NCBI GenBank assembly: GCA_964611035.1
Contig: CAZSWT010000003.1
Location: 6,219-70,218 of the forward strand
Direction: 5' to 3'
Length of the DNA stretch: 64,000 nucleotides
From: an uncultured Desulfobacteraceae bacterium
GTDB lineage: Bacteria > Desulfobacterota > DSM-4660 > Desulfatiglandales > B25-G16
The notes beneath the pieces are model-generated. The model searched no databases. It saw only the letters and a program-made list of their open reading frames with translations, and was not told the DNA's origin. Of this stretch, positions 8,270 to 18,300 are shown one piece after another. Every line of letters starts with the position of its first letter. Position 1 is the first letter of the stretch. Made by a program: the position numbers and the translations under genes.

Positions 8270-9811
8270 CTAAAACCGAAACCTCAACTCTGTTCCTATA
8301 AAATGGTTTTTCTCTTTTCTATCCTTCACATTTTCAACATTATTGATTTCTTCAAAACAATACCCGAACGTAATAGTTGACCATTTCTTGAAATTATATC
8401 CTGCTTCCAGGGAATATTGATATTTTTCTTGGGTACTTTTCTTGCTTATTCCGTTTTTTTCATTGTCGAAACCTATTGTGTAGAAAAAACTATCTTTTAT
8501 TGTATGTGCCAATTCAATAAAAAGGTCGTGTGAGTCGGTGCCGGCGTGATGCCCAAACACCCTTCCATAGTTTTTCATTGGCCAATAAGAATGTTCATAC
8601 CAGGCGCCTGGACAACTTTTTGGAGAAAGATCGGCGTATTCGGCTCTCAATTTTAATCCTTGCGCCAGAAAGATATCGTTGAAAACCATTCCTAGCAGGT
8701 AAGCCTTTTTGTATGGTAGAGTTGCCTCGTCTTCTCCGCCCCATTCTGCATATAATTTTAAGGAATGAGCTACTGGTAAAATGGTAGCGAGGTTTGGTAT
8801 TGTGAGAGCGGCATCTACAGCAAATTCCTTGTTGCTGTCGCGGTTGTCGCCAGCTCTGTTCCCACTACTGAATAGTATGTAGAGATAATCTGATAGATCA
8901 AGATTCTCAATGCCCGGTCTATCACCACCAAAATGGGCGAGATAGGACATTCCAAACTCAAAAAAGGGGTGAGGTTTAAAATCAAACCTTAGACCAAAAA
9001 GTTCGGAGTTGGGCGGATGTTCGGAAATTGCTTTATCGTCTAATGTTGAATAGAGCAGAGTATATCGAAAGGGTCCTAAGTATCTAAAAATCCAAGGCAG
9101 AAGTGTGGCTCGTGGATTGGATATCTTGATCATTTCAAAAGGACGGGCATTGTTTGAAATAAGAAGTGCGCCATGATAGCCAGGGCCCCACCAAAGAGAG
9201 TCTTTTCCCCATTCGATCTCGAAATTATCAACGGTAAACTTCACATACCCTTTGTGAATTGTGAATTCGGTTTCGTCATTCCCTTCAATGCTTTGATATT
9301 TTTGATTATAGATATACAGAGGTTGAATATAAAAAGAAAAGACTTTCCATAGTCGGGCCCTTGATTGAAACTGAATTATCGCATTGCTTCCATCAAAGGA
9401 GTGTATACCTTCATTATTAAACATTGAGAACGGACCATTGAGGAAGTTGTAGTGCATGGAGAATTCATCCAAAGGTTTGATAAAGGTTCCCGGGGCACTT
9501 CCCCGAATTCTGGCCTCGGAGATTTCCTCATCATAGTCTTCTACCATTCTTTTAAGGACTTTGGAGAATGAAGATGGAATATTGTCGATCTCAGAATAAT
9601 CGACTGCTTCAGCCAATAATCTCCCTGCTTCATCCCGGGTAAAGGGTTGTGTTGATGAAATGCTGCTTTTAATTAGTCCTTGAGAAATCAGGGTATCTAT
9701 GTCCGTGTAAAACGAAGAATCCAGAGGAATGTTTACAGAGGCGTATGATAAGCTAAAGATGCTTAAGGTGAAAAAAACAATGAGTGCTATTCTTAGCTTT
9801 GGAATTCGCAT
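8270..9811 (-). CDS. wzi: Wzi-like capsule assembly outer-membrane protein
   Basis: The track ORF starts at 9910. The likely start is 9811 (MRIPKLRIALIVFFTLSIFSLSYA signal peptide). The N-terminal LDSSFYTDIDTLISQGLI..TRDEAGRLLAEA pattern and an aromatic-rich beta-barrel-like remainder resemble Wzi. Confidence 0.6.
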   Translation of the reverse strand: MRIPKLRIALIVFFTLSIFSLSYASVNIPLDSSFYTDIDTLISQGLIKSSISSTQPFTRDEAGRLLAEAVDYSEIDNIPSSFSKVLKRMVEDYDEEISEARIRGSAPGTFIKPLDEFSMHYNFLNGPFSMFNNEGIHSFDGSNAIIQFQSRARLWKVFSFYIQPLYIYNQKYQSIEGNDETEFTIHKGYVKFTVDNFEIEWGKDSLWWGPGYHGALLISNNARPFEMIKISNPRATLLPWIFRYLGPFRYTLLYSTLDDKAISEHPPNSELFGLRFDFKPHPFFEFGMSYLAHFGGDRPGIENLDLSDYLYILFSSGNRAGDNRDSNKEFAVDAALTIPNLATILPVAHSLKLYAEWGGEDEATLPYKKAYLLGMVFNDIFLAQGLKLRAEYADLSPKSCPGAWYEHSYWPMKNYGRVFGHHAGTDSHDLFIELAHTIKDSFFYTIGFDNEKNGISKKSTQEKYQYSLEAGYNFKKWSTITFGYCFEEINNVENVKDRKEKNHFIGTELRFRF

Positions 9812-10083
9812 ATTTCTATCAAAAATCCCACCTGCGGCGAATGATACTATTCCACGAAGCATTGGCTGCCGCTCACGGGATGGGGAGAACGGACCGAAGG
9901 GGTTCCGCAAAGTGGGAATTCTACAGGGTGAATTAGGTTTTGCAAAGGTTTTGCTTGAGTCTATCTTTATACAGCTCCGCCCCTTGAGTTACATTACTAA
10001 CTCAATAGGAATGTTGTTTCAGTGTCTCTTTTGTGCATTTTTTATGCCAGTTTTTGCTTTTTATTATTTCCCCTTGATTTACT

Positions 10084-10311
10084 ACGGAGAGCACATAATT
10101 GTTTGCATTGAACATAAAAAAGAGAGGTGCACAAGGCTTATGAGGTCTTTTCTTCTGTTCCCTCAGGAACGTAGGCCCTATGGGCCGGAGGCCAAGCCTT
10201 TCGGCTTCGAGCTCTAGGCCGAGAGCCTCGTCGCAGGCCGCTAGTCACATCAGAAAAGGCCTCAAGAGGCTTATCCGAAGCTTGTTTTGCAAACTATTTA
10301 ATGCTCTCCGT
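10084..10311. repeat. MITE-like element bounded by 24-nt terminal inverted repeats
   Basis: 10084-10107 acggagagcacataattgtttgca pairs with the reverse complement of 10288-10311 at 20/24. Internal arms (about 10134-10153 vs 10252-10274) also pair. GC-rich centre. Confidence 0.45.
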
Positions 10312-10990
10312 TATGATTGATATTAATCGTTAAAATTGAAAGGGTAGGATGATTTAAAAGACGGATATGGATTGATTTCTATGGAACTTCCACACCTACT
10401 ATAAGGAATTGATTCCATAAATGAGAGGTATCGCTGGTGAGTTGTTAAAAGAATCCGGTTGTCAATGATCAATACCTTCTGGATGAAGTCTTTGTCAGGG
10501 TAATATTTTCATATGTCTTTAAGGGATATATCCGATACTAAGCAATCCATCTGTCCCATTCATTAGCCTTTTTACCCCGACCGCAGAAAGCCACGGCTTT
10601 AGTCCCGACCTTTTGTGGTCGGGATTACGGTCGGGATGTCGTGCCACTAAGTCCCGCCGTTCGCGAAGCGAATCGGCGAAACTAAGTGATGCCACTGGCA
10701 AGCCCGTGGGGCTCCACCTCTTTGAGAGGTGGGTTTTGGTATCTGTTCAAGGTAGAGTTGGTGCAACATCCTGGCGATTTTTGGTGACGACCGTTTGACA
10801 AAATAGTGATCAATGACAGCTTACACCATTTCGTGGGTGAGGATTACAAGGGAAAGGTCTTCAACCTGCTGATAGATGGTGTTGAGGCTGAAATCCATAA
10901 TCGTTTCACTATCCTTGTGGATATGGCACAATAATTGCTTTTATAAAAGATAATAACTTTTTCCTCTTTTCTCATTAACACCTCCTCGTT

Positions 10991-11023
10991 GCCCTGTTAG
11001 CATACCCGCTAACAGGGCTTTTT
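10991..11023 (+). terminator. Rho-independent terminator
   Basis: Perfect 11-bp stem, gccctgttagc (10991-11001) with gctaacagggc (11008-11018), 6-nt loop, then TTTTT. It follows a 42-codon GTG-started ORF (10806-10934) of unknown identity. Confidence 0.55.
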
Positions 11024-11518
11024 CATCTGTGCTTAACTTTCTACTATTAGGACCTCTAAAAGTGGGTAAATGGCGGCACAATATGTAATACAATCCTGAT
11101 AATTAGGTAATTCAATCCATGACCATCTTTCCATATATTTTAGACGATTTCTCCTTTCCGTTACGCTAACTATTGTGAATTCAAGGCGATATTCCTAATC
11201 TAAAACTATGGCATGATTTTAGCAGATTAAAAATAATATTAAGTGCCACTCAACTTCAACACCTATATAATTAACCATGTGATGTCCAAGGGACTCCAAA
11301 GGTTATATTTTAAGAAAGGGAGTGTGTAGAGACACTGAAATAAGCTTCTTAGATGTGCGTGCATCTTCTCTGCGGGGCATCTCACAGCTATATTTGAACA
11401 GGAAAGTTGCGCCGCTAAGAATAACGGCATTGCGGGAAGCATTAGAAATGATGGTTGGGGTGTATTATATTAGCCCTAATCCTTTATGATATATTATAAA
11501 AGAGGGTGAGTGATTGTG

Positions 11519-11665
11519 ATGGGGGCAGCCATTAGACATTTTCTGAATCCTTTGCATATTTACTGCCGCCTGCGGGATATAGGAATTGCAAAGGGTATAG
11601 CTTTGTTTTTATGCTGGAATTATGAGCGCTCTATATTTCGATTTCTGTTAATGAAAAAACTATAA
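11519..11665 (+). CDS. small hypothetical protein (48 aa)
   Basis: MGAAIRHFLNPLHIYCRLRDIGIAKGIALFLCWNYERSIFRFLLMKKL, with AGAGGG upstream. Below the ORF-track size cutoff. No family recognised. Confidence 0.3.
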   Translation: MGAAIRHFLNPLHIYCRLRDIGIAKGIALFLCWNYERSIFRFLLMKKL

Positions 11666-11693
11666 TCGGGATGAAAATTATTGGAGATATACT

Positions 11694-11819
11694 ATGCATT
11701 GGCATATCATTTTAATCGCGGTATTAGCTATCATCATCATTGCATGTATTAGGTTGGTCAAAAAAATCATTCGACCGATTGATGACGAGGATTTGGAATA
11801 CTACAGCAAATGGCGATGA
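11694..11819 (+). CDS. small single-TM peptide (41 aa)
   Basis: MHWHIILIAVLAIIIIACIRLVKKIIRPIDDEDLEYYSKWR: hydrophobic helix then a charged tail. GGAG lies 8 nt upstream. It starts 28 nt after the previous small ORF. Confidence 0.3.
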   Translation: MHWHIILIAVLAIIIIACIRLVKKIIRPIDDEDLEYYSKWR

Positions 11820-12551
11820 ATTTCACCTTTTATCAGCTTTTTAGCAATCGGTGTTAAATAAAGTGAAATTAAGACTTACTCTGCCGTGAATCCACGCAGT
11901 AATCAATTACTCAGCTTCCAGAGAATCTCAGAGTCCTTTACAAAAAGTTTTGATTTCGGTTTGGAACTTTGAAAAAAGTGATGTAGAATTTGGATAACAA
12001 ATCTGGCACGAGATATTCATAGGCCTTGGAAAGAGCCAGTATGGCCTTGTGGATTTCGTTTATGTCAAGGCTGTAATTGGTCTTCCATTCTTCCATATGC
12101 GTTTTTATAACGCTTCTGGAAAGAGGCCTTCTTTACCTTCACTATGTTGCCACCTCTGTTTATCTCATTTTCAAAGATCGCTGTCTCGCATCCTCTACAT
12201 CTAAATCTCTTTTTTGGTTTAACCGTTTGGATCATTCCTTGGTTTTGTTGAAAATCATCATCTGTTAATTATTCAGTCTCTCTTGATCATCATTTATTAA
12301 ATAATCTTTACATCCTGATGCTTTGATCTAACCTCATTTAATCAATGCCTCACATCAGCTGTTGATCATCTCAGGAGTTCCCCCTATCCCTACGATGCAA
12401 AACCTTACCTTGAAAAGGCAAGAATTATACTAAAGGACATCATGGAAATGCTTAAGGAAACGAAAGCATTAGAGGAAAAGCTTATCAGGTTGACTAAGGT
12501 TGAAAGGAAATTCTTAAAAAAAGAGCGGGAAAATACAGAGGGAATATTTAA

Positions 12552-12740
12552 TTGATTTTAGGTGGAGTAGTGTGGCTCCTGGCTGAAGTGCCAAAAGATA
12601 TGCAGGTCACGAAGGGAGGCAGGGTAAAGCAGTATGCACTTTTTAGCAACAGCCACAATGGTTCATATGACATTGATTTCAGGTTGACCACGGTACGCGT
12701 TGTTTGCAAGAATACCTTATTTTCAGCCCTGAAGTCATGA
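12552..12740 (+). pseudogene. DUF932-family fragment (mobile-element remnant)
   Basis: The 62-aa ORF has ..LFSNSHNGSYDIDFRLTTVRVVCKNTL.., which resembles the conserved core of DUF932 proteins of ICEs/phages (normally about 300 aa). The flanks lack the rest of the gene. Confidence 0.5.
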
Positions 12741-12887
12741 TAAAAAACCTTTTTTAGGCGTGCCTCCCAGGGTGAGTATCCAATATATACGAAAAGAAGG
12801 ATTGGTTAGACCCATGAAGCTTCCAAACAGATCAGGGATCCAGGCAGCCATAAAGAATCTGGATCTTCAATAGAATGATTTAAGAGG

Positions 12888-13511
12888 ATGAAAAAGGAGG
12901 AATATTTTCTGATGAAGGCTACCATTAGAAGGAATGAGTTTATCTCACACCAAAAACATCTTTTAAACGCGAAACCCTCAAAAAAATTGGCTGAAACCGC
13001 GCAGGTAACAATTACTGCCTCAGAACAATTTTCAGTTACCTGGACTGGCTTTCGTCATGATATGGATTGCACAGCAGTACAGTGGGGAACAGTCAGATTG
13101 CCCTATAAACTCTGGCAACAAATTATCGAAAACCTGGTACCCATTATAAAAGACAAAGAGATTTCCATTAATGCAGAAAACTATCAGATCGAGGTTGGTA
13201 AAACAAAAATAGAAAACCCCAGAATTGTAGTCACACATCTGGATAGATTATCTCTTGAAATATCAGGTGATGCAAAACCGATTGAGATAGTTGCATTTGC
13301 TCTTAGGTATGATATCAGAACATTGAAGAATACCTCGGTGTGGAAAACAGTCACAATGGCGATAGATGAGGTTCGAAAGCAGATTGAAAGAGCCTCAACT
13401 CCTTTAAGGAAATATGGCGTTACCCGAGAAGAACTTGCAATATTAGTAGCCCAGAAACGTAGCATTAAGGAACACGGGCGTTTTATCGATATTCTTTTTA
13501 TTGATCACTGA
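12888..13511 (+). CDS. hypothetical protein
   Basis: 207-aa ORF with no recognised motif. An alternative start at 12912 (MKATIRR) has GGAGG upstream. Confidence 0.5.
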   Translation: MKKEEYFLMKATIRRNEFISHQKHLLNAKPSKKLAETAQVTITASEQFSVTWTGFRHDMDCTAVQWGTVRLPYKLWQQIIENLVPIIKDKEISINAENYQIEVGKTKIENPRIVVTHLDRLSLEISGDAKPIEIVAFALRYDIRTLKNTSVWKTVTMAIDEVRKQIERASTPLRKYGVTREELAILVAQKRSIKEHGRFIDILFIDH

Positions 13512-13540
13512 AAAAGATCTATTTCAAGAGGAGGTAAACG

Positions 13541-13792
13541 ATGAGAAATATACTGATAATAGTACTGTTTTTAGGGATGATGCTGTTTAATGGTGCTGTC
13601 TTGCAAAAGGATTGTATCTTTAAGGGCAGGACCAACATCAAGAGTAAAACTGGCGAGCTGAAAGGGTGGATGAAGAAGGATTTACTTCTGCCAAACCGGA
13701 TTAATGTCTATGACAAATATGGGAATAAGAAAGGTTTTTTAGTGAAAGATACCCTCAGTCAGGACACCTGGTCTTTCAAGAAGGGCCGGTAA
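13541..13792 (+). CDS. small secreted/exported hypothetical protein
   Basis: 83 aa. Strong SD (GGAGG 7 nt upstream). N-terminal hydrophobic signal-like segment MRNILIIVLFLGMMLFNGAV. Lys-rich mature part. Confidence 0.5.
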   Translation: MRNILIIVLFLGMMLFNGAVLQKDCIFKGRTNIKSKTGELKGWMKKDLLLPNRINVYDKYGNKKGFLVKDTLSQDTWSFKKGR

Positions 13793-13835
13793 TGGATAAG
13801 AGGGAGTGGAGCTTGTCGAATAGCACCCTCGAACC

Positions 13836-13885
13836 ATGATTTCAAATCATGATTTCTTGACATATCAGTAAGGTAAGAGTAATTT
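13836..13885 (+). promoter_or_regulatory. candidate sigma70-type promoter with adjacent operator-like palindrome upstream of BREX
   Basis: TTGACA (13857-13862), 17-nt spacer, TAATTT (13880-13885). A 15-bp palindrome ATGATTTcAAATCAT (13836-13850) and a direct repeat catgatttc (13835-13843, 13848-13856) abut the -35. Confidence 0.35.
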
Positions 13886-13929
13886 TACTCATACTTGAGC
13901 GCTTTCTTTGACCTATTGGGGAGGATGGA

Positions 13930-14001
13930 ATGGTCGGTTATTCTTTAAGCAGGCATTGCATAAAGCTCCATCAACTTAAAAGAAGGATGGAGTTTTTTTA
14001 G
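13930..14001 (+). CDS. 23-codon upstream ORF (candidate leader peptide)
   Basis: GGAGG (13920-13924) lies 5 nt before the ATG. It encodes MVGYSLSRHCIKLHQLKRRMEFF. Its 3-prime end lies inside the terminator-like hairpin. Confidence 0.2.
   Translation: MVGYSLSRHCIKLHQLKRRMEFF
13966..13999 (+). terminator. terminator-like hairpin with T7 run, 90 nt before brxA
   Basis: ctccatc (13966-13972) pairs with gatggag (13986-13992), 13-nt loop, then TTTTTTT (13993-13999). Confidence 0.4.
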
Positions 14002-14088
14002 TTCAAGCTATTGGATTTTAGCTTTGATTTATAATCAATCATTGACCAAAAGAATAGCCCCAAATCAACCATCTATCTGGGATAATTT

Positions 14089-14814
14089 ATGAGTGCAGAT
14101 AAAAATACATCAAAGAATCTTCGAAAGCCAAAGTTGAAAACTACCCTTGCATCGTCGGGCCTACTCCTCCCCGAACTCTCTGTTCTCGTATCTGATTCAG
14201 AAAGAGATGCCGCCTATGACCGCTTAAGGGAACTGGCAGTTGATGACAATATTCTTTCCAAACCCTCTATTCAATCCCGGAAAAAAATATGGACAAAACT
14301 ACTTGATCGATACAAATTTGACGCCAAAGATCAGTCCTTTCAACTTTGGTGGAGCTTAATTCCTGAAAGCGAGAGTTATGATTTAGCACAACTCGCCATC
14401 TTACGCTGGGCTCAATCTGACCTCCTGCTCAGATTTTTGTGGAGAGAAATTTACCTTCCAAGAAAAAACATGGATTCTTCTATTCAATCTGAAGATATAA
14501 TAGGTTTTATTCATGAAATGAAGGGAACGCTTATACCTAAACAGTTCTTTTTGGGGCGTTCTCGTGAAGTTCAAGTAAGTATTGCCCAGCATTTCCTGTT
14601 GGTCCTGAGGGAATGTGGAGCAGCTAAAGGAAAAAAGAATAAGGTGTTTGTCACCATTCCGGTTGGAGAAAATGCATCTCGTTATGCAGTTCATCTCGCC
14701 AGACAAGAATGTCCTGGCTCTCATGAGATTCTTAACCATTGGGCTTTGAGATGGTGGGGAGGCTATTCTTCGAAAGCTGATGAGATTCTCAGACAGATTG
14801 AATCTTATCGTTAA
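14089..14814 (+). CDS. brxA: BREX protein BrxA (DUF1819-like)
   Basis: 241 aa, first gene of the canonical type 1 BREX order. ..DNILSKPSIQSRKKIWTKLLDRY.. resembles the BrxA helical core. Confidence 0.8.
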   Translation: MSADKNTSKNLRKPKLKTTLASSGLLLPELSVLVSDSERDAAYDRLRELAVDDNILSKPSIQSRKKIWTKLLDRYKFDAKDQSFQLWWSLIPESESYDLAQLAILRWAQSDLLLRFLWREIYLPRKNMDSSIQSEDIIGFIHEMKGTLIPKQFFLGRSREVQVSIAQHFLLVLRECGAAKGKKNKVFVTIPVGENASRYAVHLARQECPGSHEILNHWALRWWGGYSSKADEILRQIESYR

Positions 14815-14848
14815 GTCACACTCTTTGAGATTTTGCTAAAGGTGATTT

Positions 14849-15394
14849 ATGTCCGAAAGGTCCCTTCAAGAATTGGTAAATGACACGGTGAATGCTTGCC
14901 GAAACCCTGTCAGTTCCGATTTCGATCCTTCAGCTGTTGTTGTATGCCCCCCCAATTGGATTCACGTACTCGAACAAAGGGTGTTGGCAGAGCTTCAGCC
15001 CGAGATACATAATGAAGATTGTGTTGTCATTTCTGCCGAAGGCTTGATGCTTCAGTTCTGGGAAGATGCCGCATCCAAAGGAGATAAGATTGAAGATCTG
15101 TCCCCACGAAATATGCGTCGTTTTATGGATTATGAAGAGCATGAATACCTTGGACGGCTTTTTACGGCTATTTTAAATGCCTTCGAAAAGCATCCTAATC
15201 TTAAAACCTGTCTCATAACCGGCCTTTGGATATTCTATCCATCCGTCCATACATCCACAATTCTTTCTGACCTAAAAAACCGCAATTTAAAAGGTCAGGT
15301 CATTTTCCTTTACCCCGGGGTTGATCAGGATGGTATCTATCTAAAACTATTGGGACTTGATGAAGGTTTCGGCTACAAGGCACGGAGGATTTAA
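14849..15394 (+). CDS. brxB: BREX protein BrxB (DUF1788-like)
   Basis: 181 aa, second position in the operon. The C-terminal ..FLYPGVDQDG..LKLLGL....GYKARRI matches the remembered BrxB ending (..YPG..G..L.LFG...YRA). Confidence 0.8.
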   Translation: MSERSLQELVNDTVNACRNPVSSDFDPSAVVVCPPNWIHVLEQRVLAELQPEIHNEDCVVISAEGLMLQFWEDAASKGDKIEDLSPRNMRRFMDYEEHEYLGRLFTAILNAFEKHPNLKTCLITGLWIFYPSVHTSTILSDLKNRNLKGQVIFLYPGVDQDGIYLKLLGLDEGFGYKARRI

Positions 15395-15395
15395 T

Positions 15396-18300
15396 ATGTC
15401 CACCAAATTAAAGGAAGTACTCAAAAAAGATCTTGTCCGGGATAAGGTTGATCCGACCGTCAAAGTGGATGATAACAAACGCCTGTATATAGACATACGG
15501 GAGTTTGTGATAACCGAAGAGATTGCCGTTGATGCCCTAAAACTGGTACGTGCCATATCAGGTCAGCTGCAAGAGCTTCAACGAGGCTCCATCCCTCAGG
15601 CGGTTGTGGATGCATGCTGGCTTTCAGGCTTTTTCGGAACGGGGAAAAGTCACTTAGCCAAGCTTATTGCCGCGTTGATTCAAAATCCGGTCCTGACACA
15701 TAAGGAAATTTCTTTATCGGCACTTGAGCTTTTCTATCAAACCCACGAACCGATTAACCAGGTTGAGAAGGACCTAGAGGCCGAACTCAAAACGCTTTCC
15801 CGCCTTGCTAATCCGGTACTTATCGTGTTTGAAATTACTGCGGCCAAAAAAGGGGTTCATGATTCCTTATCGGAAATTTTCTTGAGAAAATTCTTTGAAG
15901 GCCTTGGGTATGCCTCCAGCCTGTGGATTGCACGTATTGAAAGGGATCTTGATGAACGGGGCCTCTATGATGAGTTCAAGAAGGCCGTTTCTGATAAAGG
16001 AATGGGTAACTGGGAAGAAGAGCGCCGGGCGTCCCAAAGGGTCCCTGCAATATTAATGCAGGTGCTGCCAGAGGTGGACTCCACATACTACCGCAACGAG
16101 GCCGATGTGGAGGCAGGGATCGAAAAGGCAGAAGATGAGGATGAGGCCTCCCCTGAAGGGCTTGTAGAAGAGATAAACAGATATCTTGAGCGTAAGGCGC
16201 AGGGAGGAGATGGGAGAATACCGCTGGCTTTTTTCGTGGTTGATGAAGTCGGTCAGTTTATTGCAGCAAATAGCGAGCGTATTGAAGAAATCCGAAGCAT
16301 CGTGGAAAGGGGCGCAATGGTTGGAAACGGTCGGATATTCACTGTCATGACATCCCAGGAAGATCTGGCTGCCGCCATAGGAGGGGTTGTCAAGGGAGAT
16401 CAGATGAACAAACTCAATGCTCGTTTTGGGGTAAAAATTGACCTCAAAAGCCAGAATGTGGCTAAAATTGTGCAGGAAAGACTGCTTATTAAGACTCCAA
16501 CAGGTGCTACCCAGCTTACAGAGTCTTTTCGTGATTGGGAAGGGCCGATTAGCGAGATTGAAAACCTCCAGCTACGAGGTGTTTCCTATCCCACAAGCGA
16601 CCCGGCATCATTTACCGCCCACTACCCGCTGCTGTCCTATCAGGTGCAATTAGCACAGGATATACTGGCCACTTTACGAGGGCCTCGCCTTAGCGGCACG
16701 GAACGTAGCATGATCCAGATTGTCCAGGAGGCAGTGGCCGCTCGCTCTGAAGATGATCTGGGTGTACTGATTCCATTCGATGCCGTATTCGAGGCCAATG
16801 AAAGCGAGCTTTCAAGTATTCACCACCTGGGGACTCATGGTGTCAGGGAGATCAATGGGTCAGATAAAAAATTAGGGTGGAGCGATACTACGGATTTCGC
16901 ACAACCGTCCAGGATACTTAAGGTCCTCTACCTCATCCAACGTTTGGAGGAAAAAAGATGGATACCCCAAAAAGCGGATACAATTACAAAGCTGATGGCG
17001 GATCATGTAGAGATTAACCTCTCAGCCCTCAGGGAGAAAGTCACAAAAGGTCTGGAAAAGCTTGTTTCAGCCAGCATGGTCTCCTTCGATGGTGAGTCCT
17101 ATCATTTTCTGAGTCAGGAAGAGAGAGAGATTGAGCAATATTTTCTGGATAGAAAAGGGAAAGTCAGGATACCTGATCTTGAAAGAGATATTAAAGATCG
17201 TGGCAGGGCGATCCTGGCCGCAAACAAGATTACAGATGGGACTCAACAGTACCAGCTAAGATACGGTTCATCGGGTCAGGGCCTATTCGGCTTTGAGACC
17301 AAGTTAGATGGGGAGGTTATCTCACCTTCGGGTGGTGGTCCGCTACAGCTTGAGATCTACACCCCGCTTTCAGGTGTAAAGCTTGAACAGATTCGCACAC
17401 TCAATCTGGCTGACGGCCCTCAGGGGAAAACCGTCTATTGGATTGCTGATGAATCCCAAAAGGCTGACTTGGCTGAAACCCTTCGCCAGATTCGCGCACT
17501 GGAAGAGACGATCAATCATTACCAGCCTAAAGCAGATAGGGATGAAATTTCAGCGGCTGCCAAAGATGCGGTTCGAAAGAAAAATACTGATCTAACCCGC
17601 GCGCAAAAGAAAGCAGATGACTTTATCTCTCAAACTTTTATGAAGGGTCGCTTGCTATTCTCAGGTGAAGAACACACCCTGCCTGCCCCGGAAGCCGATT
17701 CACTGAAGAAGGTTCTTGCTATTGCCGGAAATGTTGTTATCCTAAACCTTTTTGACCGGTTTCATCTTGCAGACAAGGCTTACGATGACAAAGATTCTGT
17801 TTATAAGGCCATTTTTAATCCTGCAGGCAACCTCGCCACTTTGGAAGGTATTCGCAATTTCAACTTAGTAGACACTCAAGGCCACATAAAAGCACAAACC
17901 GGAATAGTCAGTGAAATGCAGGGAGTTCTAACTGCCCTTGAAAATACTCAGGCGGTTGTAAAGGCCCAGGATATCAGACATAAGCTGCAGGATATACCCT
18001 ATGGCTGGCCCCGGGGAGCGATCCAATTAGGATCAGCAGCTCTATTTCGGTGCGGCCAGATAGAGATTACGCATAAAGGAAATCCTGTTTATGATTTCCG
18101 TCAACTGCAGGACGCTTACAAGGTCTTTTCAAAGATCAGCTCGTTTGATGCCCTTGAGATAAGAAGTGTTACGGATATCCTTACCCCTGAAGAGATTCAG
18201 ACAACTTATCTCTTTTGCAAGAATACCCTCCAAATGGAGGACGTCACTGAAAGCGTTAACGACATTTTTCTTCATTTCAGGGACTATCGAACGGGGCTGG

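Noticed and set aside
9729-10217. 162-aa + strand ORF spanning the wzi 5-prime end and the MITE-like element.
   Set aside because: It overlaps the wzi signal-peptide region antisense and runs through a palindromic repeat. No motif was recognised.
10519-10798. ORFs 10519..10701 and 10613..10798. Similar ORFs lie at 43130..43330, 50705..50977, 50737..50964, 57542..57742, 8108..8380 and 1809..2189.
   Set aside because: They are translations of hairpin-rich repeat elements or of the tRNA region, occur on both strands of the same repeat, and have no start-site signals.
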